This document shows positions 1-8,556 of a stretch of 64,000 bases of DNA, piece after piece; the stretch's first letter is position 1, and each line of letters begins with the position of its first letter. The position numbers and the translations under genes were made by a program. Origin of the DNA: Candidatus Altiarchaeota archaeon (GTDB lineage: Archaea; Altiarchaeota; Altiarchaeia; IMC4; QMZM01); contig JAFGDV010000022.1 in the NCBI GenBank assembly GCA_016931955.1, positions 51,768-115,767 on the forward strand, given 5' to 3'. The notes beneath the pieces are model-generated. The model was not told where the DNA came from, searched no databases, and saw nothing but the letters and a program-made list of their open reading frames with translations.

Positions 1-20
1 GAATAGGCGAACACCTGACC

Positions 21-689
21 TTGCGTGTCTGTGATGTTGAGGAGGTGGAAACTGGCTTATACTTGAATATCTGGAAAAGCAAAACCGATCCGCGTAAGGT
101 TTTCATTAAGCTGTCAGCGGAGGACATACTTTGTTGGTTGAACATGCACCCATTAAGACATGACGGTGACGCACCCTTATTCTGTAAACTCAAAAGGGGA
201 GAGCATAACACGGTAATAGGCCACAAATACGCCTATGAACTGATGAAACGGCTTAAGAAGAGAGCTAAGATAAACAAGAAAGTGTCTCCCCACATGCTCA
301 GACACGGATCGGCAAGTTATTTCTCTGATTGGTTGAGTGACTCGGACATGGATACTAAGTATGGGTGGCGTATAGGGAGTAAGATTAAGGCACGGTACAC
401 TCACAAGAACCCGAAAAGTGTTGAGGCCAAGATAAGGAAAATGGCAGGAGAGGAAGAGAACGGAGTACAAAACATTTACGAGGAAATGCAGGAGGAACTT
501 ATCAGGTGTCTGTTCTGTGATAAACTCAACAGTCCAAGCCGTAAAACATGTTGGTACTGTAAGCATATTCTTAAGAGAGAGTTGAGCGACATAGTGCAAT
601 TAGTTAAAGAAAGCATGGAATCTAAGATAGATGAGATAGTGTTGAATGCTATTGAGGGGAAAACCAGTAAAAGGCAAACAATAAAATAG
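21..689 (+). CDS. Tyrosine recombinase/integrase, C-terminal part, with C-terminal Zn ribbon (5' end probably before the window)
   Basis: HMLRH motif, YGW, catalytic Tyr in RYTH, then CLFC...CWYC. The frame is open to the window edge. Confidence 0.9.
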   Translation: MRVCDVEEVETGLYLNIWKSKTDPRKVFIKLSAEDILCWLNMHPLRHDGDAPLFCKLKRGEHNTVIGHKYAYELMKRLKKRAKINKKVSPHMLRHGSASYFSDWLSDSDMDTKYGWRIGSKIKARYTHKNPKSVEAKIRKMAGEEENGVQNIYEEMQEELIRCLFCDKLNSPSRKTCWYCKHILKRELSDIVQLVKESMESKIDEIVLNAIEGKTSKRQTIK

Positions 690-703
690 TGTCCTTATAC
701 AAT

Positions 704-775
704 TCTCTCTCTGTGAAATATGCAGTACATGGTTGCGTGTGAGATCATTGTATGGATTGTTTTCACAGAGGGAGA
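704..775. repeat. 15-bp inverted repeat (14/15) after the integrase stop
   Basis: TCTCTCTCTGTGAAA (704-718) versus TTTCACAGAGGGAGA (761-775). Confidence 0.7.
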
Positions 776-1703
776 CCTTTTCTTATTTATTTGTGTCAGA
801 TATGGTTTTTCTGAGTTTTGGATAAGAAACCCATTCTATAAGTATATAGGGTATGGTTTTTTAGGTTTTTTCTAAAAGTTTGAGACTGAAAAACCTCTCT
901 TTGTTTTTCACCGCTATCGGTTAAAAAAGGGGGTTTAATGGGTGAGAACTCATTTAGACGATCTCCTAAACACCCTGAAAAGTGAGGTTTTGGGTTATCC
1001 AAATTGTGCAAGTTTAGGTCTATGAGAGGGATATGTGCAGAGGAGTCTATCATTCTGGTCTGCGTAAGACAGAGCTACATACAAACAACTTAGGGGGTTT
1101 TCCTATATATAGGAGTCTAAATAGTCTCAATTCATTAATGTCATGTTGGGGGAGTATTCTATACATAGATTCCTAAAATTTCTAAAATATTTTATTTTTT
1201 TAGAATGTAAACCAAAAAACTAATTATCATATAATAAATATGTTTTTCTAAACTGAATTAAGTTTTTTGGTTTCGTTTCGAAAGATTTGTTTAAACAAAT
1301 TGGGGGGTTTTTGTATATGTTTTTGGGGGTGATCTCAACCTGCATAAGTGAGTGATTGAGTTACCCTTTCATGTCTGAGTGTGGCATAAAAAACCGTTTC
1401 CACATTTAAGAGGGCAATAATTTAACTATATATTAGAATAAATGACAGTCTAAGAAAAAGTTACTTACATGTTACAACGGAAGGACATAATATTATCTAA
1501 ATATGTGATCCAAAAAAAAGTTTCTGTTCAATGTTAAGAAACTGGGGTAATATCTATCTAAATATATATATTATAATATAGTGCAAACATAACACACACT
1601 AAGAGACGTTTTAACTAACTAATTGATTGATTGAATGAGTCTCCAATTTACTACGATAAGAATCTCTCTCCTGTGAATTTTTCCTTAGTTTTTGGTTCAA
1701 TGG

Positions 1704-1778
1704 ACTTGACACCTCTGACATATCTGACACCTCTGGTCGCTTGATACGTTTTGAGAGGTGTCACACTCTGACACCTCT
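1704..1778. repeat. Iteron-like cluster A (9-bp TCTGACAnn repeats plus a 10-bp inverted repeat); candidate origin
   Basis: ACTTGACACCTCTGACATATCTGACACCTCTG at 1704-1735; AGAGGTGTCA-cactc-TGACACCTCT at 1754-1778; adjoins ~1 kb of AT-rich non-coding DNA. Confidence 0.75.
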
Positions 1779-1798
1779 GAAAAAAAACTATAATTTCT

Positions 1799-2455
1799 CT
1801 AAGGCTTAAGGTATCTCTCCAAGTCATTTATCCGTTCAGTAACGTCAATGCTCTTGATCTTAACCACCCCAGAGCTTAACTTAGGCCTCCCTCTCTGAGT
1901 AATATCTCTTTTTCGGTCAGGAAACAGTTTTTCCATTACACCAAAATAGTCTATACTCAAAGCCTTAGGTGTTCTCCCCGATCTCTGACCTGTGAATTTT
2001 CTCTTTCCTTTACCTTGAACGAGATAGTTTTCTCTCACCAGTTTTTTAATTATTTTCACAAAGGACTCACTTCTTGTGGCGTGTTTTCGTCTTATCACAG
2101 CTAATAAATCGCCTTTGCTTATGCTACCAGACTTAAAGACCTCAAATAGTATGGTTCTCTCTCTTTCCGTGAGTTCAAGCTCATGGAGGCCTAATAAGAA
2201 ATTCACATAGATAAGTGCGGTCACGTTATAGAACGACATAGCTCCGATGACTTGATCAAGTGTTTTTTTGGAGATTTGTTTTGTTTGTATCTGGTTAAGG
2301 CACTCATTTAATAGGCCGTTGGGTTTGAATATTTCTCGATAATCTTGTATGTATGAGCTTAACCCTATTCTGGTTGGTTGAGATTCTATTTCCAGGTATG
2401 TTTTTTTTTCTGTGAATAAAAAATTGCTTTTTATGTTTTTTTGCATTTTTTCCAC
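1799..2455 (-). CDS. Winged-helix DNA-binding protein (element regulator)
   Basis: LTERERTILFEV...IIKKLVRENYL wHTH-like segment; GRTPK and RGRPK basic motifs; divergent from the rep operon. Confidence 0.6.
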   Translation of the reverse strand: MEKMQKNIKSNFLFTEKKTYLEIESQPTRIGLSSYIQDYREIFKPNGLLNECLNQIQTKQISKKTLDQVIGAMSFYNVTALIYVNFLLGLHELELTERERTILFEVFKSGSISKGDLLAVIRRKHATRSESFVKIIKKLVRENYLVQGKGKRKFTGQRSGRTPKALSIDYFGVMEKLFPDRKRDITQRGRPKLSSGVVKIKSIDVTERINDLERYLKP

Positions 2456-2517
2456 CTCTTTTCTTTATTTCACTTTAAAGACTTTTTTTAGGTCTAATAC
2501 ACACTTGTTTTAGTTTA

Positions 2518-2543
2518 ATAATATTCCATATGGGGAATATTAT
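2518..2543. promoter_or_regulatory. Operator-like inverted repeat in the divergent promoter region, next to a TTTATATA box
   Basis: ATAATATTCC-atatgg-GGAATATTAT, perfect 10-bp arms. Confidence 0.6.
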
Positions 2544-2606
2544 GTTTATATAGACTTTCAACCATATAAATGAATGAGACTTGCTCGAGAGAAAACAAAC
2601 AAAAAA

Positions 2607-2810
2607 ATGGCGAAAAGACAGGGAAGAAAAATAAAACCAATATATCTTGGACTCCCCTTGCCCATACACGAATACATAGAAAGAAAAGCAGACAGGGAGT
2701 GCATATCCTCAAGCGAGATACTGAGACAGATCGTGTTAGAGCATTTCAAGACCACAAAAAATTTCGAGATCATAAGAGAGTGCGAAAATGAACCCCGACA
2801 CCCCAAATAA
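2607..2810 (+). CDS. Ribbon-helix-helix (CopG-like) regulator
   Basis: IYLGLPLPIHEYIERKA...SSSEILRQIV pattern; overlaps the rep start, as copG-rep does in plasmids. Confidence 0.75.
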   Translation: MAKRQGRKIKPIYLGLPLPIHEYIERKADRECISSSEILRQIVLEHFKTTKNFEIIRECENEPRHPK

Positions 2811-5643
2811 AAAAGATATTAGACGGTTTTATGACCTATTAGGCCATAAAGATCAGACAGAAATACGGTTAATTCCACCCATAAAACAAGAATGGGTGTC
2901 CACCGAAAAAGAATTTCTAAGCGTCTGTGAAAGATACAATGGCAAAAAGAACGTCTATGCAGGTCTTAATGAAAGAAAACTAAACGGCTCAAAGACTGAA
3001 GATGTCATATCACTTGAGACCATAATTCTTGACATTGATCCCATAAGGAAACCACAGGATAAAGACGAGGAAAAACTAAAAGACCTAAACAAGCATAATG
3101 CGACTAATTCCGAGATTGAAAAGACCAGAAAAGACGTAGAAAAAATAAGTGCATGGTACGTCAAACAAGGCTTTAAGTCTCCATGCATAGCGTTTTCTGG
3201 TAATGGTTTTTATGTAATTTCTAAAATTCCACACATAGACTTAAGTGATGAAAACAGAGACACCATACAGAAAGGCTTAGAATTATTTTGCAAAGAAATT
3301 CAAGACAAATTCAATAATGAAAATACTCACATAGACAGTACCTTTGACTTAGCACGAATATACAAAGTCATAGGAACTCAAGCATTAAAGAAAGAAACAC
3401 CAGAAAGACCTAATAGGTACTCCCATTTTATCACGGAAAACGATCCAGAACCAGATCAAGCCCTCTGTGAATATATCCTCAGTTTAAGAGAACCTGAAAA
3501 GGAAATTTCACAAACAGCAGACAAGGGTATTGAACTTAAGGACTTTGAGTTTTGTTGTAAGTTTGATGACACACTAAGAGAACTCTATGACGGTGACATA
3601 TCAGGGTATAAGTCTCGATCAGAGGCAGAGGAGGGTTTAGTTTTCAAGTTAGTCTATTATGGGTTTAGTGACTCACAGATCAGACAAATAATGTCTGGTT
3701 CAAAAATAGGCCGATGGAACGAGAAACCAAAGAAAACACAGGATAAAGACATACAGAAAGCCTTTGAGAATGTCACAGACCGCTTTGACTGGAATGAGAG
3801 CAAACAAGAACCAATAACTTTATCATATTCCACAGGACACTTACCATATTTTAGCGACCTGATGACCGCATTAGCTCTTTTTGGTAAAGATTATGTGTTA
3901 ATCGGTAAGTTGCTCTGGTATCAATTAGTGTCTGTGAATATTCCCATAGAGTATAAGCCGTTATGTCTTGGATCGGTTGAGACAGACTTACGGTTGCATG
4001 GGGTTTATGTCTTGAATGCAGGACACGGTAAACAAAACATTAAGACACTCATACAGCGTGTGTTAGGTAATGTTGGCTTGATTGTATCCACCCCTGTATC
4101 ATATCACCAAGAGCAACTGATTGGGAAAATACTTAAACGAAGAGAGAAAGACCAAAAGATAGGTGAGGAAATCACCAAAATAATACAAAACAAGGGATAC
4201 TTAGCTGATGACTATCTATTCATAGACGAAGGATATCTTTTTTTCACAAGCACGGAAACAAAATATGAACAAGCACGGTCTTATATCGCCACAGCCCTCG
4301 ATCCTTACCCGAATAACATAGTCTATAAGAAAGCCGTTGATGACCTGAGAGAGCAGGGAGAGGTCTTGAATTACGCACCTCATATTGTCATGGGTGTCGC
4401 ATTACAACCAGAGAGGATACCAGAGCATATTATAAGCAGAGGACTATTGAGGAGATACCTTGTTGTATGGGTTCAATGTAATGAGGATGACAAGAAAAGA
4501 GCCTTTAAGGAAAGGCTTGAGGAGAGAGACACGGAAACAACCAGAAACAATTTTTCGGAATACTTGAAAAGCATTCAAGAGAACGACTTTACCCAGAATA
4601 AGCAAAGAAAGGTGGTTTTTTCTAAGGAGGCAGTCACCCGAATTCAGGAACTACATACTGAATTACTCACAGTTGGAGGGAGTATTAACACGAAATGCAG
4701 TAACTTTGCGGAAATAGTAGAGTTCACAGCAGAGGACTATCTCATAAAGTTATCGAGTATTTTGGCCATAGGTAGAGGACACTATACCATTGAAACTGAG
4801 GATGTCGAATTAGCATACTGTGACCTATTTGAGTTTTTCTGGTCTTGTCTAAACTATGTGAACTGTATTGTTCAGGGTAATTTTGACTATGGTAAGTCTT
4901 GGATGGGTGCAGGAGAGAAAGAAATTGAGTGCCTTGAATATCTAAATGACAATGAGGCAATATCCTTTGAAACCTCCAATATTTCGATCACCGACTTTTT
5001 AGAATGTGTCCAAGATGTTTATTCTTGTGAGATTAGAACAGCTCAGAGACGCAAAAACCATTTTTTTAAAAGAGGATGGATTGACCTAAAGAAAGGCCAA
5101 CATGATTCTAAGGTGTGGTTGAATTTCACCCCAGAATTAAGGAAAAAGCTTAACCGATTCGACTTTTCACAGTCTGAATATGTGAGGATAGTCACCAAAA
5201 ACAAGGAAATTTGCTCTAAGAAACTTGACATGTCTGACAGGTCTGACACCTCTGAAAGAGAAAAAGAAATTCCAGAGATGTCAGAGGTGTCAGAGGTGAC
5301 AAGTGCATATACCAAAAATTACACGAAAAACACCCCAGAGATGTCAGAGGTGTCAGAGGTGACACCCCCCCAGAACCAAAAAAACCTTTCCGAAAAGACA
5401 AAAAAACTCTATTCTCTCTGTGAAAATATCATGGACTCAAGTGGCTTAATCGGTAAACAGCGTATCATATCCGAAGCCACAAAACACCTTAAGTTTCCCA
5501 GAAAACTCACAGACAAAGAAAAAGAACGTGAGATCAGGAAACTTATCCTGACTTTGGAAAAAGAAAAACTACTCACAAAGACCAGAGATGGCCTTTATGA
5601 GATGAAAAAGAAACAAAAAGTTTTGGAGGAAAAAATAGAATGA
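2788..5643 (+). CDS. Replication protein: AEP primase-polymerase + helical domain + MCM-like AAA+ helicase + C-terminal wHTH
   Basis: LDID, FSGNGFY and DLARIYKVIGT AEP motifs; SRSEAE..L primase C-domain; NAGHGKQ Walker A-like; GYLADDYLFIDE Walker B; LLRRY arginine finger. Confidence 0.8.
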   Translation: MNPDTPNKKDIRRFYDLLGHKDQTEIRLIPPIKQEWVSTEKEFLSVCERYNGKKNVYAGLNERKLNGSKTEDVISLETIILDIDPIRKPQDKDEEKLKDLNKHNATNSEIEKTRKDVEKISAWYVKQGFKSPCIAFSGNGFYVISKIPHIDLSDENRDTIQKGLELFCKEIQDKFNNENTHIDSTFDLARIYKVIGTQALKKETPERPNRYSHFITENDPEPDQALCEYILSLREPEKEISQTADKGIELKDFEFCCKFDDTLRELYDGDISGYKSRSEAEEGLVFKLVYYGFSDSQIRQIMSGSKIGRWNEKPKKTQDKDIQKAFENVTDRFDWNESKQEPITLSYSTGHLPYFSDLMTALALFGKDYVLIGKLLWYQLVSVNIPIEYKPLCLGSVETDLRLHGVYVLNAGHGKQNIKTLIQRVLGNVGLIVSTPVSYHQEQLIGKILKRREKDQKIGEEITKIIQNKGYLADDYLFIDEGYLFFTSTETKYEQARSYIATALDPYPNNIVYKKAVDDLREQGEVLNYAPHIVMGVALQPERIPEHIISRGLLRRYLVVWVQCNEDDKKRAFKERLEERDTETTRNNFSEYLKSIQENDFTQNKQRKVVFSKEAVTRIQELHTELLTVGGSINTKCSNFAEIVEFTAEDYLIKLSSILAIGRGHYTIETEDVELAYCDLFEFFWSCLNYVNCIVQGNFDYGKSWMGAGEKEIECLEYLNDNEAISFETSNISITDFLECVQDVYSCEIRTAQRRKNHFFKRGWIDLKKGQHDSKVWLNFTPELRKKLNRFDFSQSEYVRIVTKNKEICSKKLDMSDRSDTSEREKEIPEMSEVSEVTSAYTKNYTKNTPEMSEVSEVTPPQNQKNLSEKTKKLYSLCENIMDSSGLIGKQRIISEATKHLKFPRKLTDKEKEREIRKLILTLEKEKLLTKTRDGLYEMKKKQKVLEEKIE
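5223..5364. repeat. Iteron-like cluster B inside the rep gene
   Basis: 5223-5254 matches 1704-1735 at 28/32; the 30-mer CCAGAGATGTCAGAGGTGTCAGAGGTGACA is exact at 5272 and 5335, in inverted orientation relative to 5223. Confidence 0.85.
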
Positions 5644-5930
5644 AACTGGATGACATAGACATTGAACCAGAAACCCAGAGCATACCTGACGGCTTTGAAA
5701 TAAGCATGGATGAGTTACTTGATGTTGATTTCCAGACTAAGACCTTTGAAAGAGATGATGGTACAAAAACTAAGCGATGGCTCTTTGAGTACAAGAAAAA
5801 GAACTACTATGTTGGTAAGCAAATTCTTAGGATATTCAAGCGAGCCATATCTGAGGGTTGTAGGTCTGTGAAAATCAGTAAGACAGGGGAGGGTATGAGG
5901 ACTCACTATGAGGGTATTTTTAAAGGGTGA
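5640..5930 (+). CDS. Putative single-stranded DNA-binding protein
   Basis: Beta-rich and aromatic; C-terminal VKISKTGEGMRTHY resembles phage-type SSB tails; coupled to rep. Confidence 0.45.
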   Translation: MKLDDIDIEPETQSIPDGFEISMDELLDVDFQTKTFERDDGTKTKRWLFEYKKKNYYVGKQILRIFKRAISEGCRSVKISKTGEGMRTHYEGIFKG

Positions 5931-5951
5931 TTACGTCACCCCATTTTTTTT
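5926..5951 (+). terminator. Hairpin plus T-tract
   Basis: GGTGA-ttacg-TCACC followed by a T run. Confidence 0.55.
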
Positions 5952-5961
5952 ACACTAAAAA

Positions 5962-6192
5962 ATGGATGAGGACACATTTAAATCACTTATGCGTGTGAGC
6001 AGAGAACTAAGGATGTTAGACGAGAAAATAAGCCGTCTGATTGAATGTCAGAGAACTCAAGAAGATCAGCTTAAGACTATTTCACATGACTTTGACACTC
6101 GCATAATTGAGTTTGAGCAGACCATTGACGAGAAAATTCGTAAAAGAGTTTTTTATCAGCTAAACAAGGAGGCCTCAAGTAAACCTTACTAA
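5962..6192 (+). CDS. Small coiled-coil protein
   Basis: 76-aa ORF with heptad pattern, in operon orientation. Confidence 0.65.
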   Translation: MDEDTFKSLMRVSRELRMLDEKISRLIECQRTQEDQLKTISHDFDTRIIEFEQTIDEKIRKRVFYQLNKEASSKPY

Positions 6193-6196
6193 AAAA

Positions 6197-6346
6197 ATGA
6201 AAAAACACGGTACGTTTGAGTGTGGTAATTGCGGAAAAGCAACTGGGGAGCTCTTTAAACACGGCTCTCTTTGGTTGTGTAAGGGTTGTTATGAATATTA
6301 TATCCGTGATCCGTTTAGTAAAAAAATCGAGGGTGAGGCAAGGTGA
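6197..6346 (+). CDS. Small Zn-finger protein (49 aa; not in ORF track)
   Basis: MKKHGTFECGNCG...WLCKGCY; stop overlaps the next GTG start. Confidence 0.7.
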   Translation: MKKHGTFECGNCGKATGELFKHGSLWLCKGCYEYYIRDPFSKKIEGEAR

Positions 6347-6687
6347 CTCAAGCGTTTTGTCTTAAATGTGGCACGTACTCGAATTCGCTTAACCGTGAGG
6401 GTCTGTGTCCGAATTGCGAGGCGTGGATTAAGTGGCTTAAAGATAAACGTCGAGGCCAAGAAAAAAACGGATGGCGTGATCTCCAAAAGGAATACACTCA
6501 AAGAAACCGAGAGCTTAAGAAAATTCGAGAGGAGTGGAATCGCAAATACAGGAGTCAGGCCAGTTTTGAGATACAAAAAATTTTGGGTGAAAACAGACCT
6601 CCAAGAGAGGATACTGTATGCACCCAAGAACAAAAAAACAAAAAAGGAGAAAAACAAAATGACACACAAAAACAAACAAAGTCCTAA
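6343..6687 (+). CDS. Zn-finger plus coiled-coil protein
   Basis: CLKC...CPNC; GGTGAGG RBS-like sequence; coupled to the upstream ORF. Confidence 0.7.
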   Translation: MTQAFCLKCGTYSNSLNREGLCPNCEAWIKWLKDKRRGQEKNGWRDLQKEYTQRNRELKKIREEWNRKYRSQASFEIQKILGENRPPREDTVCTQEQKNKKGEKQNDTQKQTKS

Positions 6688-7027
6688 AGCAGACAAAAAA
6701 GAACCAAAGGGTATATCCCAAATATCATACCGTTCAGTCAAACAGCACATGAAACAAAAAACAGACCTGAAAATTTCACAGAAAACAATACTCAAAGTCC
6801 GAGAACTATGCGAACAATACATTGAGGACTTAACCAATGAACTTGAGTTCTTGGCATTGGAAAACAAACAAAAAACTTTGTTAGTCCAAAACACGGACAC
6901 AGCATTACAGAATTACCGATACTCTGAGCTTAGAAAAATTCTTGTGAACGTAACCCCCCAGTTATCAAATTCATTGGAGAGCATACAGCACATACTCGAC
7001 TTAATCGAGAAAAAACAAGTGAGGTAG
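6659..7027 (+). CDS. Histone-fold protein with Lys-rich N-tail and C-terminal helical extension (122 aa)
   Basis: Aligns gap-free to HMfB from the L1 loop to helix 3 (KIS..ELCEQYIEDLTNE..LA..KQKTL..N..A); AGGAG RBS before ATG 6659. Confidence 0.75.
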   Translation: MTHKNKQSPKADKKEPKGISQISYRSVKQHMKQKTDLKISQKTILKVRELCEQYIEDLTNELEFLALENKQKTLLVQNTDTALQNYRYSELRKILVNVTPQLSNSLESIQHILDLIEKKQVR

Positions 7028-7037
7028 ATAGGAGAAA

Positions 7038-7349
7038 ATGACGGAAGAAATACCCTTAGAGGTTTTAGCGAACATGGATAAAGTGAAAAAAATACTTGAA
7101 AAAACAGACCACAGCGACACGGTTAAACTGAAATACGAGGGAAACAAAAAGGGAGAGTGGTTTAAGTATAAGGTAGAGAGAGGACACAGTAAGGCAGGTA
7201 AGACCTTAGTTCACGGACAAGAAATATACGGCAACCCAGACCATTGTTTAAGCGAAAGACAGACCTATGAGGCATTAAACCACCTTGTCAGAACAGGGAG
7301 AGCAGAGACCACAGCATATAAAGGACTTTTCTGGTATTCTGTGAAATAA
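7038..7349 (+). CDS. Hypothetical protein, possible C-terminal wHTH
   Basis: AGGAG RBS; LSERQTYEALNHLVRTG followed by a beta hairpin. Confidence 0.6.
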   Translation: MTEEIPLEVLANMDKVKKILEKTDHSDTVKLKYEGNKKGEWFKYKVERGHSKAGKTLVHGQEIYGNPDHCLSERQTYEALNHLVRTGRAETTAYKGLFWYSVK

Positions 7350-7604
7350 GGAAAAAATGAAAGTTTCTCACATTACTCCATACCTGTTCTGTCTATCTGG
7401 GGTTCAAAAGGCAGGATGGGGGAGATATAAACCCTCCTATGAGCCCTCTGAGGAAGAGGGAAAGGCGTGGATCATGACGAATACCAAAAAGGGGTTCACC
7501 TCAACTTTAAACGGTTGAAAGAAACTCACAACCACCTTATAGTCGATAGGGTTTTTCCCTGAGAGGCGTTCACGTGACCATAAAGCCTTGAATAGAAGCG
7601 AGGT

Positions 7605-7754
7605 ATGACAAAGAAAATGATGAACGAAGACAGGTTGCTTGAGTTATTCAATGAACTTGATACGACTTTGATGAAAGTGGAGGTCATAGCAAGAGACGTT
7701 CACCGTCTCCGTGTGAAAATATTAAAGTGCTTAACTGAAGATGAAAAAAGTTGA
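7605..7754 (+). CDS. Small coiled-coil protein (49 aa)
   Basis: GAGGT RBS; translated by hand as MTKKMMNEDRLLELF... Confidence 0.55.
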   Translation: MTKKMMNEDRLLELFNELDTTLMKVEVIARDVHRLRVKILKCLTEDEKS

Positions 7755-7884
7755 ATTTGATGAACGATTGACGGAAATAGACACTCAATTTAAGAAGATC
7801 GTTGAAGACTTGGAAAAACTTGAGTTTCTTTTCTGTGACTTAGTGGACTCTTTAACGAGTTTGGAGGCTGAGAGACATGATTGA
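7741..7884 (+). CDS. Small acidic coiled-coil protein (47 aa)
   Basis: MKKVEFDERLTEID...; overlaps both neighbours. Confidence 0.55.
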   Translation: MKKVEFDERLTEIDTQFKKIVEDLEKLEFLFCDLVDSLTSLEAERHD

Positions 7885-8023
7885 GTATGTGTTATTTTTA
7901 CTGGGTTTGTTTGTTGTCTTATGGCTATTGTTTAGTTTTTTCGACAGCATAATGTGGCCTATACTGTTTTTAGGGGTGGTTCTCTTGTTTTTGGGCGTAT
8001 GTAAGCTTGTGGGGTGGATATGA
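7877..8023 (+). CDS. Small two-TM membrane protein (48 aa)
   Basis: MIEYVLFLLGLFVVLWLLFSFFDSIMWPILFLGVVLLFLGVCKLVGWI; GGAGG RBS. Confidence 0.65.
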   Translation: MIEYVLFLLGLFVVLWLLFSFFDSIMWPILFLGVVLLFLGVCKLVGWI

Positions 8024-8024
8024 A

Positions 8025-8555
8025 ATGGAGTTATGGGTTTTAGCGTTAATAGGTTTCGGTTTATGTGTTTTCTTGGCCATGATAGGGTTTATCTTAGTTA
8101 AACGGTTCAAGCATAAACAAGAACCAGTAATTTCACAGACACAAGAAAAAAAAACTGAGGTGCGGATTATTCGGTGTGATGACACTTACCGCATTGAGTG
8201 GCCTAATGAGGTTCTCAGCATTGAGGGAGGTGATGTTGAGGGCTTAAAGAGGTACTTAGATGGTCAAATTAAGCGGTTATCTTTTGTCGGGGAGTGTGTG
8301 AGTAACTTAGGCGTGTATTATCCTGACTTTGATCCGCCTAAAGAAGAAGGAGAGAAGGAGGAGGTTTTGAAACCCATTGATGAGACCGTTAAAATAATAC
8401 CTGATTTGAGTTTTAGAGAGGTTGAGGAGATCAAGGAAACCCTCACCAGAGAAAACGGACAAACACCAACTAAGAGAAAGTTAGCGTGGCATATAGCTAA
8501 AGTTTACGGTGTTTCCATTGGTGAGGCATGGAATATACTTAAAAGAGGAGACTGA
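8025..8555 (+). CDS. Membrane-anchored protein with C-terminal HTH-like motif
   Basis: N-terminal TM helix; TPTKRKLAWHIAKVYGVSIGEAWNILK. Confidence 0.65.
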   Translation: MELWVLALIGFGLCVFLAMIGFILVKRFKHKQEPVISQTQEKKTEVRIIRCDDTYRIEWPNEVLSIEGGDVEGLKRYLDGQIKRLSFVGECVSNLGVYYPDFDPPKEEGEKEEVLKPIDETVKIIPDLSFREVEEIKETLTRENGQTPTKRKLAWHIAKVYGVSIGEAWNILKRGD

Positions 8556-8556
8556 A

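Noticed and set aside
796-1053. 85-aa minus-strand ORF in the AT-rich gap
   Set aside because: No motif or RBS, and composition is driven by homopolymer runs
5223-5364. CRISPR-like repeat-spacer pattern (30-bp repeat, 33-bp spacer)
   Set aside because: Only two copies, in frame within a CDS, internally 9-bp periodic, and no cas genes
6368-6658. N-terminal 97 aa of the 219-aa ORF
   Set aside because: Overlaps the Zn-finger gene 6343-6687 in another frame; a good RBS and ATG at 6659 define the likely start
7430-7470. Possible hammerhead ribozyme (CUAUGAG-stem-AAA)
   Set aside because: The core lacks CUGAUGA and GAAA; only a CCCTCT/AGAGGG hairpin is supported
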